Assembly: GCA_963714275.1 (NCBI GenBank)
Contig: CAVQNT010000003.1
Span: 192,001-256,000, forward strand
Source of the DNA: Candidatus Bathyarchaeota archaeon
Lineage (GTDB): Archaea > Thermoproteota > Bathyarchaeia > Bathyarchaeales > DTEX01
Direction: 5' to 3'
DNA length: 64,000 nucleotides
Made by a program: the position numbers and the translations under genes. Under the pieces are notes generated by a model, which was not told the origin of the DNA, did no database searches, and was given only the letters and a program-made list of their open reading frames with translations. This document shows positions 43,951 through 53,012 of the stretch, piece by piece; the stretch's first letter is position 1; each line of letters begins with the position of its first letter.

Positions 43951-44713
43951 ATGACTCAGAACATTGTTTCATGTCGCCCTGCGAGTTATGGAAGATATCA
44001 AGACAAATCGTATGAGCATTTGATAAAGATTGGCATACGCCATGTTGAGTTGCCAATGCCGAAGATTCAAGATGTAAACAAAGTCCGCGAAGAGCTAGAT
44101 AAGCACGGTTTGTCTGTCGCAAGCCTCGAGTCTCCCTGCAACATCCAGAATGAAAACGTAAAAGAAGAATTCAAGACCGCTATTGGAATAGCTAAAGAAT
44201 TCAAGGCAAAAAGGATGTTCGTGAGCGTTCACGCTGACAAACTTGAAAAGAAAACCGCCTACGAGAGACTAAGAAAACTGGGCGACCTAGCAGCAGAGAA
44301 AGGACTCATCATTGTTCTTGAGACCCACCCGGACTTGGTTACAAACGGCAACGTGTGCCTTCAAACCATGAAGGGCATAGACCACCCCAACGTGAAGGTA
44401 AACTACGATACTGCTAACATGCTACTTTTACAACGAAGCCATCGATGACTTAGAGGAAATGAAGAAAATCCTAGACTACATTGAAGGCGTCCATCTGAAA
44501 GACACAAACGGAAAATACCAAACATGGCATTTCCCAGCTCTCGGCGAAGGAATCATAAACTTTGCTGAAATCCGTGGATTGCTCAACAAACGAGGCTTCT
44601 ACGGACCGTTCACGATAGAGATTGAAGGAATCAAAGGTGAAAACCTCTCCCTCGCTCAGACACTTGAAAGAATGGAGAAATCCGTAAAGCACCTAAGAAA
44701 ATGCGGATTCTAA
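43951..44713 (+). CDS. Sugar phosphate isomerase/epimerase (AP endonuclease 2 TIM barrel), frameshifted
   Basis: Has LETHP, NYDTAN, VHLKD, LGEG and TIEIE. Confidence 0.85.
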
Positions 44714-44820
44714 ACTACATCAATCAAATTTACTCTATATCTTTGAGCTCACAGAAAAAAAATAGTTAATCGTTAGTTAAGCGGTGATGAGAGAAGCGAT
44801 TAACAACCTTTATGATAAAA

Positions 44821-44956
44821 TGGCGCCGCCGGACGGACTCGAACCGTCGACCTTCGAGTTAACAGCTTCAGCCTCAAAGACACATCGTCTGAGAGTCCGT
44901 TGCTCTACCGAACTGAGCTCACGCCCAAACGCCGTTTACGGTGAATGAACGGCGGC
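44821..44956 (-). tRNA. tRNA-Asn(GTT) with two non-canonical introns (8/9 at 44920-44948; 30/31 at 44867-44896)
   Basis: Removing both inserts gives GCCGCCG-TA-GCTC..GAGC-A-ACGGG-CTGTTAA-CTCGA-AGGTC-GACGG-TTCGAGT-CCGTC-CGGCGGC-G-CCA. Both junctions fold as bulge-helix-bulge. Confidence 0.9.
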
Positions 44957-45088
44957 TCAATTGGCTCGTTTTTCAGCGGCGCATTTTAGTCTGAAAACTG
45001 CACGCTGTATTTAAAGCTTAAGCCCTCGTTCGCAGGGAAAATTCTTAAGTAAGAATCAAACCGAATAATAACTTGAGGAAAGCCTAAA

Positions 45089-45166
45089 GGGCCCGTAGCT
45101 CAGTACGGCTAGAGCGCCAGGCTCATAACCTGTTGGTCCCTGGTTCAAATCCGGGCGGGCCCACCA
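45089..45166 (+). tRNA. tRNA-Ile2(CAT), agmatidine-type (CAT anticodon)
   Basis: The GGGCCCG/CGGGCCC acceptor and A73 are typical of archaeal Ile tRNAs rather than Met. Loop CT-CAT-AA; CCA encoded. Confidence 0.85.
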
Positions 45167-45228
45167 TAATTTTTCTATCAAAATCTTTGACGGACATATG
45201 AAAATGGTATATGTTGAGTTTATGCTTT

Positions 45229-45795
45229 CTAACTTTTTATCTGCTCAGCCTTCCACTCTTCTTTAAGTAATGAATAATATGCATCATCTCGGTATTGTCC
45301 TTCGAAGACGCTGTTTTGGCGTAGGACACTTTCCTTTTTGAAACCCAGTCTTAGAGTAAGTCTTTGTGATCGGATATTCTCAGAGTCGATTTCGGCTTGA
45401 ATTTTGTTTAAATCCATGCTTTCAAAACCATACTTCAGAACTGCACGAAGCGCCTCCGTCATGATTCCTTGCCTCCAAAAAACAGGATTCAGGTCGTACC
45501 CAATTTCACCTCGGCGCTCAATTTTCCACCAGTGGGTGAAGCCGCAGGTTCCAATCAGTCTGTGGTTGCCTTTCATGACGATTCCCCAGCGGATTCCACT
45601 GTTTTCTTTAAATGGTATAATACAGTAAAGTTCAAGTTCCTCCCGAGATGCGTCAAGATTTTTTGGTCCCGGGAAACAGCAGCCATTCACGATTTCTATG
45701 ATGTTGAAATGGCGGAAATAGAACTCCGCGTCATCAAGCGTTAACTCACGTAGAACCAGCCTATCTGTCTCTAACTGAGGAAACCTCATGTCCAT
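45229..45795 (-). CDS. GNAT N-acetyltransferase (RimJ/RimL family)
   Basis: Has LETDRLVLR, LIGTCG, EIGY.L....W.QG.MTEA and N..S..L..LGF. Confidence 0.9.
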   Translation of the reverse strand: MDMRFPQLETDRLVLRELTLDDAEFYFRHFNIIEIVNGCCFPGPKNLDASREELELYCIIPFKENSGIRWGIVMKGNHRLIGTCGFTHWWKIERRGEIGYDLNPVFWRQGIMTEALRAVLKYGFESMDLNKIQAEIDSENIRSQRLTLRLGFKKESVLRQNSVFEGQYRDDAYYSLLKEEWKAEQIKS

Positions 45796-45828
45796 TAGCC
45801 TACTGACAAAAAGCGGTAATCAGAAATT

Positions 45829-47811
45829 TTAGGCTGGTCCTTTGTATCCAACACTATCTTTTAGGATTTGGACGGACTCTGGGTTCATTAGGGTCGTTAT
45901 GTCGCCTATCGGTTGGTTCGTCGTCAAAGCCTTAAGGATTCGCCGCATGATTTTTCCGCTTCGGGTCTTCGGTAAGTCGTCCACAAGCACAATCCTTTCA
46001 GGCCTAGCTGTGGGACCGATGACCTCGGAAACCTTCTTCTTCAGCTCATCCTCCAGCTGAGGTGAACTCTTGAATCCCGCCTTCAAAGCGACAAAAGCAA
46101 CCGGAACCTCGCCCTTAATATCGTGGGGCGCAGCGACCACCGCGCATTCAGCCACAGCCTGATGCTGGGCAATAGCGTTCTCAACCTCCGCCGTGGAAAG
46201 CCTGTGACCTGCAACCTTCATAACATCGTCCACTCTGCCCGTGATGCGGAAGTTTCCCATCTGGTCGTGGACGAAGGCTCCGTCGCTGGTGTAGTAGGAT
46301 CTGTCCCCGTAAACGCCGAAGTACTGCTGCTTGAACCTGTCAGGATCTTTGTAGACCGTTCTCAGCATACCCGGAGCGAATGGCGGCTTTTGAACTAGGA
46401 AGCCTCCTTCCCCGATGTTTGTTGGTTTGCCTTCTTCCGTTAGAACCGCGAACTTTGTTCCGGGGAAGGGTCTACCCGCGACAGTCGGTATGAAGGGTCC
46501 GATTCCAGGCAACGAGTTGATCAGGGTTGCGCCGGTTTCGGTTTGCCACCATGTGTCGATCACGGGGCATCTTCCTCCGCCTATGGTGTTGAGGTACCAC
46601 AGCCAAGCGTCTTCGTTGATTGGTTCGCCGACTGTGCCGAGGATTCTGATGCTGCTTAAGTCGTGCTTCTTCACTAGTTCGTCACCGAGTCTCATGAGCA
46701 TTCTGATCGCTGTCGGAGCCGTGTAGAAGACGGTCACCGCGTATTTCTCGACGATCTGCCACCACCTGTCTGGAGCTGGATAGTCAGGGGCTCCCTCGTA
46801 AATCAGGGTTGTGACGCCGTTCATGAAGGGTCCGTAACAATTGTAGGTGTGACCCGTGATCCAACCGATGTCGGCGGTGCACCAGAAAACGTCTTCGTCG
46901 TGAAGATCGAAGTCCCACTTAGTTGTCCAGTAAGCCTGAACAGCGTATCCGCCTAAGTGGTGTTCGATGCCCTTCGGTTTGCCTGTTGTCCCGCTCGTGT
47001 AAAGAATGAAGAGCATGTCTTCGCTGTCCATGACCTCAGGCTCGTAGTAGAGGTCAGCCTTCTCCATCAGCTCGTGCCACCATTTGTCTCGCCCCTTGAC
47101 CCAGTTTATCTCGTTTCCAAGCCGCTTAACGACAATAACATCCTTGATTTTTGTGCCTGCGGCGCCGATGTCAGCGTTCTCTTTAAGGTTAACTGGCTTT
47201 CCCCTTCTGTAATAGCCGTCCACTGTGACGAGAACCTTGGCTTCAGCATCAATCATCCTTTCACGCACGGACTGCCCGCTGAAAGCTGAAAAAACGACGC
47301 TGTGAACCGCGCCTATCCGCGCACAAGCCAACATGGCGATTTGAACTTCGGGAATCATGGGCAGGTAGATGCCGACTCTGTCACCTTTTTTCACGCCTAG
47401 GCTTTTCAGAACATTCGCGAACTTGTTTACTTCTCTGTAAAGGTCTTGGAAAGTTAGGACTCGGGGCTGCTCGTAGAGCGGTTCAGGTTCCCAAATCAAA
47501 GCAGCCTTGTTCCTTTTCCAATCCAAAACGTGTCTGTCCACGGAGTTATAGCAGATGTTAAGTTTCCCACCGACAAACCACTGATAGAAAGGCGGATTCT
47601 CCTTGTAGGTTTCGGTCCAATCCTTGAACCATGTAATGCCTTCTTTCGCAAGTTTGCCCCACCAAGCGACAGGGTCCTTCGCTGCCTCCGCGTAAATGGA
47701 CTCATCATTTACCCACGCCCGTTTCTTTAGTCCTTCAGTAGGCCAAAAAACGTTCTTTTTCTTGGAATCCTCAACAATCCATTTGACAGGTTTCAGCTTC
47801 ATATCCGACAC
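45829..47811 (-). CDS. acs: AMP-forming acetyl-CoA synthetase
   Basis: Has [34 protein letters not shown] and [11 protein letters not shown]. Confidence 0.95.
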   Translation of the reverse strand: MSDMKLKPVKWIVEDSKKKNVFWPTEGLKKRAWVNDESIYAEAAKDPVAWWGKLAKEGITWFKDWTETYKENPPFYQWFVGGKLNICYNSVDRHVLDWKRNKAALIWEPEPLYEQPRVLTFQDLYREVNKFANVLKSLGVKKGDRVGIYLPMIPEVQIAMLACARIGAVHSVVFSAFSGQSVRERMIDAEAKVLVTVDGYYRRGKPVNLKENADIGAAGTKIKDVIVVKRLGNEINWVKGRDKWWHELMEKADLYYEPEVMDSEDMLFILYTSGTTGKPKGIEHHLGGYAVQAYWTTKWDFDLHDEDVFWCTADIGWITGHTYNCYGPFMNGVTTLIYEGAPDYPAPDRWWQIVEKYAVTVFYTAPTAIRMLMRLGDELVKKHDLSSIRILGTVGEPINEDAWLWYLNTIGGGRCPVIDTWWQTETGATLINSLPGIGPFIPTVAGRPFPGTKFAVLTEEGKPTNIGEGGFLVQKPPFAPGMLRTVYKDPDRFKQQYFGVYGDRSYYTSDGAFVHDQMGNFRITGRVDDVMKVAGHRLSTAEVENAIAQHQAVAECAVVAAPHDIKGEVPVAFVALKAGFKSSPQLEDELKKKVSEVIGPTARPERIVLVDDLPKTRSGKIMRRILKALTTNQPIGDITTLMNPESVQILKDSVGYKGPA

Positions 47812-47946
47812 GCTCAGTTAAAGACGTATTGGCGGTTCATAATGTTATGAAAGATATAAACCTTTTTCAGTAAAAAATGATTAAAACAACTAACGCTTTT
47901 TAAAAAAAGAAAAAATTAAGATAATGACATCTTTCTGGACAATGGT

Positions 47947-49846
47947 TTATATGAAGTCTGCGAGTGTTGTTTTGGGTTCTTCGTCGAAAGACAAGTTCAT
48001 GGGCTTGAAGGTTTGGTTAAGCGCGGTTCTAAGGTTCCTAACGTAGTCGTCCATGTTCACTTCGCGAGAATCCCTCACAAGCTCAACAGGCTTCACGCTG
48101 AACATTTTTCCATGGTAGCTGAAGGGCTTAACCTTCACGAACGAGACCGCCTCTCCTAAACGGACCTCTTTCTGCCTGTCCGCGAGCTGAACAGCGCACT
48201 GGTATGGTTGATGATAAAAGTCATCGCCGCTGGGTTTCTCGGAAACATCAAAATGCAACTTAACTGTGTAGACTAAGTCTTCAAGCGGAACCTTCCCGGA
48301 CTGGAGATTCGTGATGGCACGTTTAACAATTCCTCTAATGTTTTCTTTGGCTGCCTCAAACTCCGTCCAGTTCCTCGCAGCGACCAGTTCTTTCACGCAG
48401 TCCATGAACACGTTCCTAATGAAAAGAGGCGAATTGGACTTTATGGCTGTCAACCCCTTAACGTCAGCGGTCCCGTCCTTCATGATTCCGAAGTACGCTT
48501 TCATGGCTCTAGGCAAAACGCAGACAGAATAAACCTTGTCAACAGCAAGGTCCAAACGAAGGTCTTTTTTTACCCTTCGAATAAGGTTGCTAATGTTAGC
48601 TTCAGATGGACCGTCCAAGAAAAGGGAATCCGTGTCCCCATAAAGCGGCTTTAAACCTTCCTCTTCGGCTATGTGCCAGCTTTGACGCAAGGCATGTCTG
48701 CCATAAGCGGTTATCGATTCCGCGAGAGTCGGCTGAGCCAAACCGTGAATTCTCACAGTGACCCCATAGCTTGCGACCAAAATGAGTTTAAGAAGCCTTG
48801 ACGCCGCCTCAGACTAGATGCCTCTCCTCGTTTGAAACTGAGGTGTCTCTGGATAACGGCTTAAACCAGTGTATACGGAGGTCTTTTAATGCGCCGGTTA
48901 GTATTGAGTAGATTCCTCGTCTTTTCTTGCACACGTGATGTTTTTCGCCTGGAACCTGATTCTCAACGCATTCCTCGTGGTCGCAGTCAACGGTTTCGTA
49001 CGATAAGTTATAAGCGTCAATCAAGCTTGGATAAAGACTTTCAAAATCCACAACCACCGTATCAAAGTATGTTCCAGCTTTAGGCTGAAACGTTAAGGCT
49101 CCAGGAACGCCGCGTACGGTTTGTCCTTTTCGAAGCTCAGACGACCTAGGAATCAGAACGTTCTTCCTACGTAAGTAAAAATGCAGAATGGACCTTATCC
49201 AAGTGCTCACTTGACGGTTAGAAAAAGCCTCAGGCAAAGGCAGGTTCGCAACCCTCGACAAAAGAAAAGCCAAGTAAACCTTTTCGTAATCAACAGTCTC
49301 GGTGACCCCGAACTCCTTTAACGGAACTTGCGGTACAGGCTGGGAACAAAGCGTGAACCAGTGCTCCAGCATCTCGTACTTTTGTGGATCAGCCACTTTG
49401 ATGTCTGAAAATTTTTCGTTGAACCTTTCCTCTAGGGAGCCACTGACCTTCCATGCAGGTTTAATTTTGCCCCCTTCCAGATTGTAGGGCGCACTAAAAA
49501 CTAAGCCATGGTCATAAACGTAACTGAGCAGGTACGGAATTCGGTCTTCCCACTTCTCTTCGAAAAGCTTGGAGGCTGCTACAAGCTGCGCTGAATCATC
49601 GGCTTCCACACGAGTCATCATCCGCTTTTCGTCTGAAAAAAGGTCTGTCTTCTCAACCGTGCATGTTTTAACACTCATGCTTTGAAGGATTACCTCGTCT
49701 TTGCTGGTGAGTGGGCTGTGTAAAAGAAAGAACGGCTTATAGGCATCATCTTTAATCTTCTGCGTCGCCCCCGTTAAACCATTAAGGACATGCAATGTTA
49801 TTACGTTTTTATCCGATGAACCGTTCAACAAATAGTGAAGACTCAA
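47947..49846 (-). CDS. Family B DNA polymerase, PolB1-like, lacking the exonuclease domain (frameshift near 48810)
   Basis: Motif A is DFESLYPS and motif C is YGDTDS. Motif B is altered to SRLLKLILVASYG. About 630 aa in total. Confidence 0.85.
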
Positions 49847-49910
49847 ACCAATCAGCCTACCATAAGGTTAAGGTAAGACAAATATTAAACAATTTAAAAC
49901 CAAACATAGG

Positions 49911-49984
49911 TGGGCCGAGCCGGATTCGAACCAGCGATCTTCGCCGTGTGAGGGCGACGTCCTAACCAGCTAGACTATCGGCCC
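49911..49984 (-). tRNA. tRNA-Val(CAC)
   Basis: Acceptor GGGCCGA/TCGGCCC and anticodon arm TCGCC-CTCACAC-GGCGA. CCA is not encoded. Confidence 0.95.
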
Positions 49985-50101
49985 GAACATGTCTTTTTAT
50001 GGTGTTCTGCCTTTTTTGTTTTACACTTTTTGTGTGTTTTTAGGTTTTTGGCTTTTTAACATCATCCGTTGTTTGTTGGAAACCATAACGCTTATAAGAA
50101 C

Positions 50102-50149
50102 GTAAACCATTTACGTAAATGGTTTACATATAATGTAAACGGTTTACAT
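50102..50149. promoter_or_regulatory. Triple palindromic operator GTAAA-N3-TTTAC
   Basis: Perfect 26-bp palindrome at 50102-50127 plus ATGTAAACGGTTTACAT at 50133-50149, just downstream of TATA CTTATAAG (50091-50098). Confidence 0.75.
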
Positions 50150-50165
50150 AACGAAGAGAACAAAG

Positions 50166-50735
50166 ATGAATGAAAAAGAAGAATGGAAAGACACGTACAA
50201 AAAAACCATCCAAGACTGGAAAGAACAATACAACAAAGCGATCGAAGACTGGAAAATAAAAATGGGAGACGTAAAGCAGCATGTCAGGTCAAACATACCA
50301 GAGGGCGCAATCCATGTAGATGTTCCTATGCCTATGCCTATGCCTTCCCAATTTCAATTTCACACCGGAAGATCAAACGTTATTGCTTCGCGCATCGGCG
50401 ACGAGGAACTACGGTCCATTGACTTGCTAGTTGAGGTGGGGCTCTTCGAAACCCGGTCAGAAGCCGTAGCGTACCTTGTGAGGGAAGGAGTCAAAGCACG
50501 TAAAGACATACTCGGCAAAGTTACATCAGCCCTTGAAGACATTCGGAAGCTACGGAAAGAAGCTGAAGAGCAAGTCGCAGACCTACGAAAAAATGTTGTT
50601 ATGACAGAACCCCAAGAATCCGAAAAACCTGAAGACCAGAGCAGAATGTGCCTGAAATGCGGGAAGGATTTATCGGAGCTTCCTGAAGGCATAGCGATCT
50701 GTCCGTATTGTGGCACAAAAGTCAAAAAAGACTAA
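50166..50735 (+). CDS. Ribbon-helix-helix-like DNA-binding protein with C-terminal zinc ribbon
   Basis: Has VIASRI.DEEL..ID.LV..G.F.TRSEAV..LV (RHH) and CLKC...CPYCG. Confidence 0.78.
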   Translation: MNEKEEWKDTYKKTIQDWKEQYNKAIEDWKIKMGDVKQHVRSNIPEGAIHVDVPMPMPMPSQFQFHTGRSNVIASRIGDEELRSIDLLVEVGLFETRSEAVAYLVREGVKARKDILGKVTSALEDIRKLRKEAEEQVADLRKNVVMTEPQESEKPEDQSRMCLKCGKDLSELPEGIAICPYCGTKVKKD

Positions 50736-50928
50736 ACACGCAAGCAATCTGGCACATTCCATTTCTTTTTTTATTTTTTTGGGGGACATTCTTTTTTGGC
50801 TAAATTAAGGAGTTGTGGCACCGAAACCTTTATTAATTCGCCTTTTATCAAATATAATTTGATGAAAATAAAAATTAATTCAAAATGCATAAAATTAAAT
50901 TCGATGTCTCAAAGAGGTGACAAATAAA

Positions 50929-51042
50929 ATGTTCAGAATAAAATTATGTAATGTAACAAAAGAATACGCAAAAATGGCGTTAACCGTCATCGGAAGCGTC
51001 ACCATAGGATACGTCTTATTCTTCATACTGGCTTTACTCTAA
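50929..51042 (+). CDS. 37-aa single-pass membrane protein
   Basis: GAGGTGA precedes the ATG. Sequence is MFRIKLCNVTKEYAKMALTVIGSVTIGYVLFFILALL; below the ORF-track cutoff. Confidence 0.55.
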   Translation: MFRIKLCNVTKEYAKMALTVIGSVTIGYVLFFILALL

Positions 51043-51096
51043 GCAGCAGTTAGGCGAAAAGACTAAATTTGGGCTCCCATTTCTTTCAAAGCGTAA

Positions 51097-51171
51097 GGGC
51101 CCGTAGCCTAGCCAGGATGGGGCGTCGGCCTCCTAAGCCGATGGTCCTGGGTTCAAATCCCAGCGGGCCCG
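51097..51171 (+). tRNA. tRNA-Arg(CCT)
   Basis: Acceptor GGGCCCG/CGGGCCC, TCGGC-CTCCTAA-GCCGA and GGTTCAAATCC. Confidence 0.95.
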
Positions 51172-51223
51172 CTATCCGTGGCGTATTCCTGTTATTAACT
51201 TGCGACTTTTTTGGGGATAGATT

Positions 51224-51649
51224 TTATGTTGACTGTTCGGGCTCCACTATGACTGCTGTTCCTGTGGCTGAGATGACGATAACGCTTAGAAGGTCGGAAG
51301 ACTCCATGTCCAGACCGATGACTGCGTTTGCGCCCATTTGTTGGGCTTGCTCCCTCATCCGCTGTATGGCTTCGACTCTGGCCTTCTCAATCTCGTAGGT
51401 GAAGGCTGAAACTTCTCCTCCGACCATCGATTGTATGCCCGCCACGAATTTTCCGCCTACTCCACGGGTCCTAGCTGTCATGCCCGTTACAACTCCAAGG
51501 ATTTTTTTTACCTTGTAGCCTGGCATGGTAGGCGTGGTCGCCACAAGAAACTCTGTTGATGCAGGTTGTGAACCGACCGTTGCTCCGCAGCTTGTGCAGA
51601 ATTTTGTTCCTTCAGGCATTTGTGCCCCACATTTTTGGCAGAAAGGCAT
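51224..51649 (-). CDS. YbjQ/UPF0145-family protein with N-terminal zinc ribbon
   Basis: Has CQKCG..FCTSCG, TT..PGY, AR..A..RM...A...GANAVIG and ATGTAV. Confidence 0.88.
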   Translation of the reverse strand: MPFCQKCGAQMPEGTKFCTSCGATVGSQPASTEFLVATTPTMPGYKVKKILGVVTGMTARTRGVGGKFVAGIQSMVGGEVSAFTYEIEKARVEAIQRMREQAQQMGANAVIGLDMESSDLLSVIVISATGTAVIVEPEQST

Positions 51650-51696
51650 CCATACTCACCTAGAACATTTTTGTTTCACTAAACATATATGCGTTT

Positions 51697-52137
51697 TCAG
51701 ATGTCGAGGATGAACTTTAAAACGACTTTACCGGGGGCTTCATTAACCTCCATGCGGTGATAAGTAACAGCTTTCACGCCGACCTTCTGCCTGTGCCTTT
51801 CAGGATCATATGGTTCGCCGTAAACCTTTGCTTCGAACCTGAAGCCGTCTTTGACTTGTTGAATTCTGTGGATTCTAAACTTTGAAAAAAGTATTCCTTC
51901 CACCTCGAACATTACGAGAAGCCGTTCAAGCCAATCGTAAAGCAGAGCCTGCTTGTCCGTGCCCTTTGCCGCAACGGTTTTTTCGTTTAAGGGTCCTATG
52001 GCTTTTGTGTCAGTCATAGTTTCAAACATGGCCAGAGCCGCGTTCTCGAAGGCTTCAGCCAAGTCCTCGCCGTAGGCAGCGATGTAAGCGTCTGCTGTGT
52101 GCTCGAGGAACTCGAATCCCTTCTTTTTTTTGGGCAT
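51697..52137 (-). CDS. Archease
   Basis: Has FEFLEHTAD, L.DWL..L, VKAVTYH and a C-terminal LDI. Confidence 0.92.
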   Translation of the reverse strand: MPKKKKGFEFLEHTADAYIAAYGEDLAEAFENAALAMFETMTDTKAIGPLNEKTVAAKGTDKQALLYDWLERLLVMFEVEGILFSKFRIHRIQQVKDGFRFEAKVYGEPYDPERHRQKVGVKAVTYHRMEVNEAPGKVVLKFILDI

Positions 52138-52318
52138 GGGCGTGAACCCTCGCATCTTAATGTTTGTACTTTTTTTGGCGTTGCATTAGTGACTCGGAAA
52201 CCAAACGTTAAAGTTGAGTCTTCATAATGGGCTTGTGAGACAATATTTATGTTACAGACCGTTATAAAAGTAAACTACAGTACCATTAAAGACGACAACG
52301 AAAGGAGATGTCAAAAAA

Positions 52319-52912
52319 ATACCCAGCGTACTCGTAACGTATGATTCGCAGTCAGGAAACACCGAAAAAGCGGCAGTTCTGGTAGCTGAGGGCGCAAGGC
52401 AAGTAGATGGAATCGACTGCGTCCTCAAAAGGGTTGACGAAGTTTCCTTAGACGATCTCTCGAAAGCGGACGGAATAATCGTCGGGTCACCGACCTACTA
52501 TGGAACCATGAGCGCAAAAATCAAGGCGCTTCTTGACAAAAGCGTTGAGCTTCACGGCAAGCTTCAGGGAAAGGTCGGAGCTGCCTTCACTTCTTCCGGA
52601 GGAACCGCGACAGGCGCAGAAACCACGATACTTTCAATACTGCAGGGGCTCTTAATTCACGGCATGATTGTTCAAGGCTCGCCACACGCTCAACACTATG
52701 GATTAGCAGTGGTTGGGGCACCAAAAGAGAAAGACAAGGACATGTGCATAGAATTCGGAGCCAGAATATCAAAGCTAACAATAAAAATAGCTGAGCAGAG
52801 AATAGCTAAAAACATCCATACTATTTTTGTTTTATCCAAGTTTCATCGATTTTTTACAGAAACCACTATCTTTTTGTTTTTCTGGATTATTGCGAACCCG
52901 TCTTTTGCATGA
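52319..52912 (+). CDS. Flavodoxin/WrbA-family NAD(P)H:quinone oxidoreductase
   Basis: The in-frame upstream region gives YDSQSGNTEKAA and GSPTYYG, followed by KVGAAFTSSG..GG/GAETT. The start is ATA 52319, or ATG 52308 with an A-run indel. Confidence 0.85.
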   Translation: MPSVLVTYDSQSGNTEKAAVLVAEGARQVDGIDCVLKRVDEVSLDDLSKADGIIVGSPTYYGTMSAKIKALLDKSVELHGKLQGKVGAAFTSSGGTATGAETTILSILQGLLIHGMIVQGSPHAQHYGLAVVGAPKEKDKDMCIEFGARISKLTIKIAEQRIAKNIHTIFVLSKFHRFFTETTIFLFFWIIANPSFA

Positions 52913-53012
52913 TGCTGGTTACAGGATTCAAAAATCTTTTACATAGCCTCAGACATAATTTTAAGATATTATAAAAGAAAATAATTGATTGCTGTTGCGC
53001 GTTGGGGTTGTT

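Noticed and set aside
37250-44821. Integrated element at the tRNA-Asn 3' end
   Set aside because: No integrase and no duplicated tRNA 3' end (att site) were found.
45229-47811. GNAT next to acs as an Acs lysine acetylase
   Set aside because: The GNAT is RimJ/RimL-type rather than Pat/AcuA-type, so adjacency alone is not enough.
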